From Bugula neritina (Eukaryota; Animalia; Bryozoa), in assembly GCA_964035545.1 (NCBI GenBank), contig OZ037769.1, forward strand, positions 15,964,633-16,028,632: 64,000 bases of DNA, in the 5' to 3' direction. Each line of letters starts with the position of its first letter. Positions within the stretch are counted from its first letter, which is position 1. Shown piece after piece: positions 63,756-64,000 of this stretch. A model generated the notes under the pieces. The model did not search any database. It was not told the DNA's origin and worked only from the letters and a program-made list of their open reading frames with translations. The position numbers were made by a program, and so were the translations under genes.

Positions 63756-64000
63756 CTTCCAGTCAGCTGCTAGTCTCAGTGACTGAGTATTATGTGTCAG
63801 CAATCCCTCGTGTGACGAGTATGATGTCTGCTTGCAAGCCCTAGTCTGTGCCGTGATCCGTAATCCGTTCCAGTTCAAAAATCCGTAAAATCCTACTAGA
63901 GGTTGTGAGTTCTGAGGTGACTCACAAGCCCAATTCGAGATCGGCATAATTTGCCACAGTGAGGACAAATGTTACTAGAGTCAGTCACTGGTGGGTGTGT

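Noticed and set aside
63229-63844. Repetitive 147-aa and 131-aa ORFs
   Set aside because: The 22-bp unit is not a multiple of 3 and the same peptide cycles through all frames; minisatellite artefact

Overview
AT-rich, intron-containing eukaryotic DNA, most likely an invertebrate animal (inferred from GT-AG spliced exons, (TA)n microsatellites, an ependymin-like gene and metazoan-type transposons). Main contents: (1) A very young, apparently intact Ty3/Gypsy LTR retrotransposon (24445-33097) with near-identical 716-bp LTRs, a 4-bp TSD, a tRNA-Leu PBS, a UUUAAAC/stem-loop -1 frameshift and an unusual ~520-aa extension after integrase carrying C2H2-like zinc fingers. (2) A 10-12 kb segmental duplication (~35400-45560 and ~50230-62370). 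Each copy carries a gene for a Pol-beta-superfamily (GlnD/GlnE/DUF294-like) nucleotidyltransferase fused to a highly homogeneous 44-aa TPR array that differs in copy number (9 vs 4) and varies at a few fixed positions. This is the best candidate for an undescribed system: an NLR-like sensor (TPR) plus effector (NTase) receptor family. (3) Between the two copies, the 3' exons of an MFS/SLC16-like transporter and of an ependymin-related gene, largely missed by the ORF track. (4) Decayed elements (an R4/Dong-like LINE, an I/R1-type LINE 3' end, a Harbinger/ISL2EU-like transposase), MITEs, a hAT fold-back element with a 1.9-kb AT spacer, and mini/microsatellites. All calls come from reading the sequence by eye; no database search was run.
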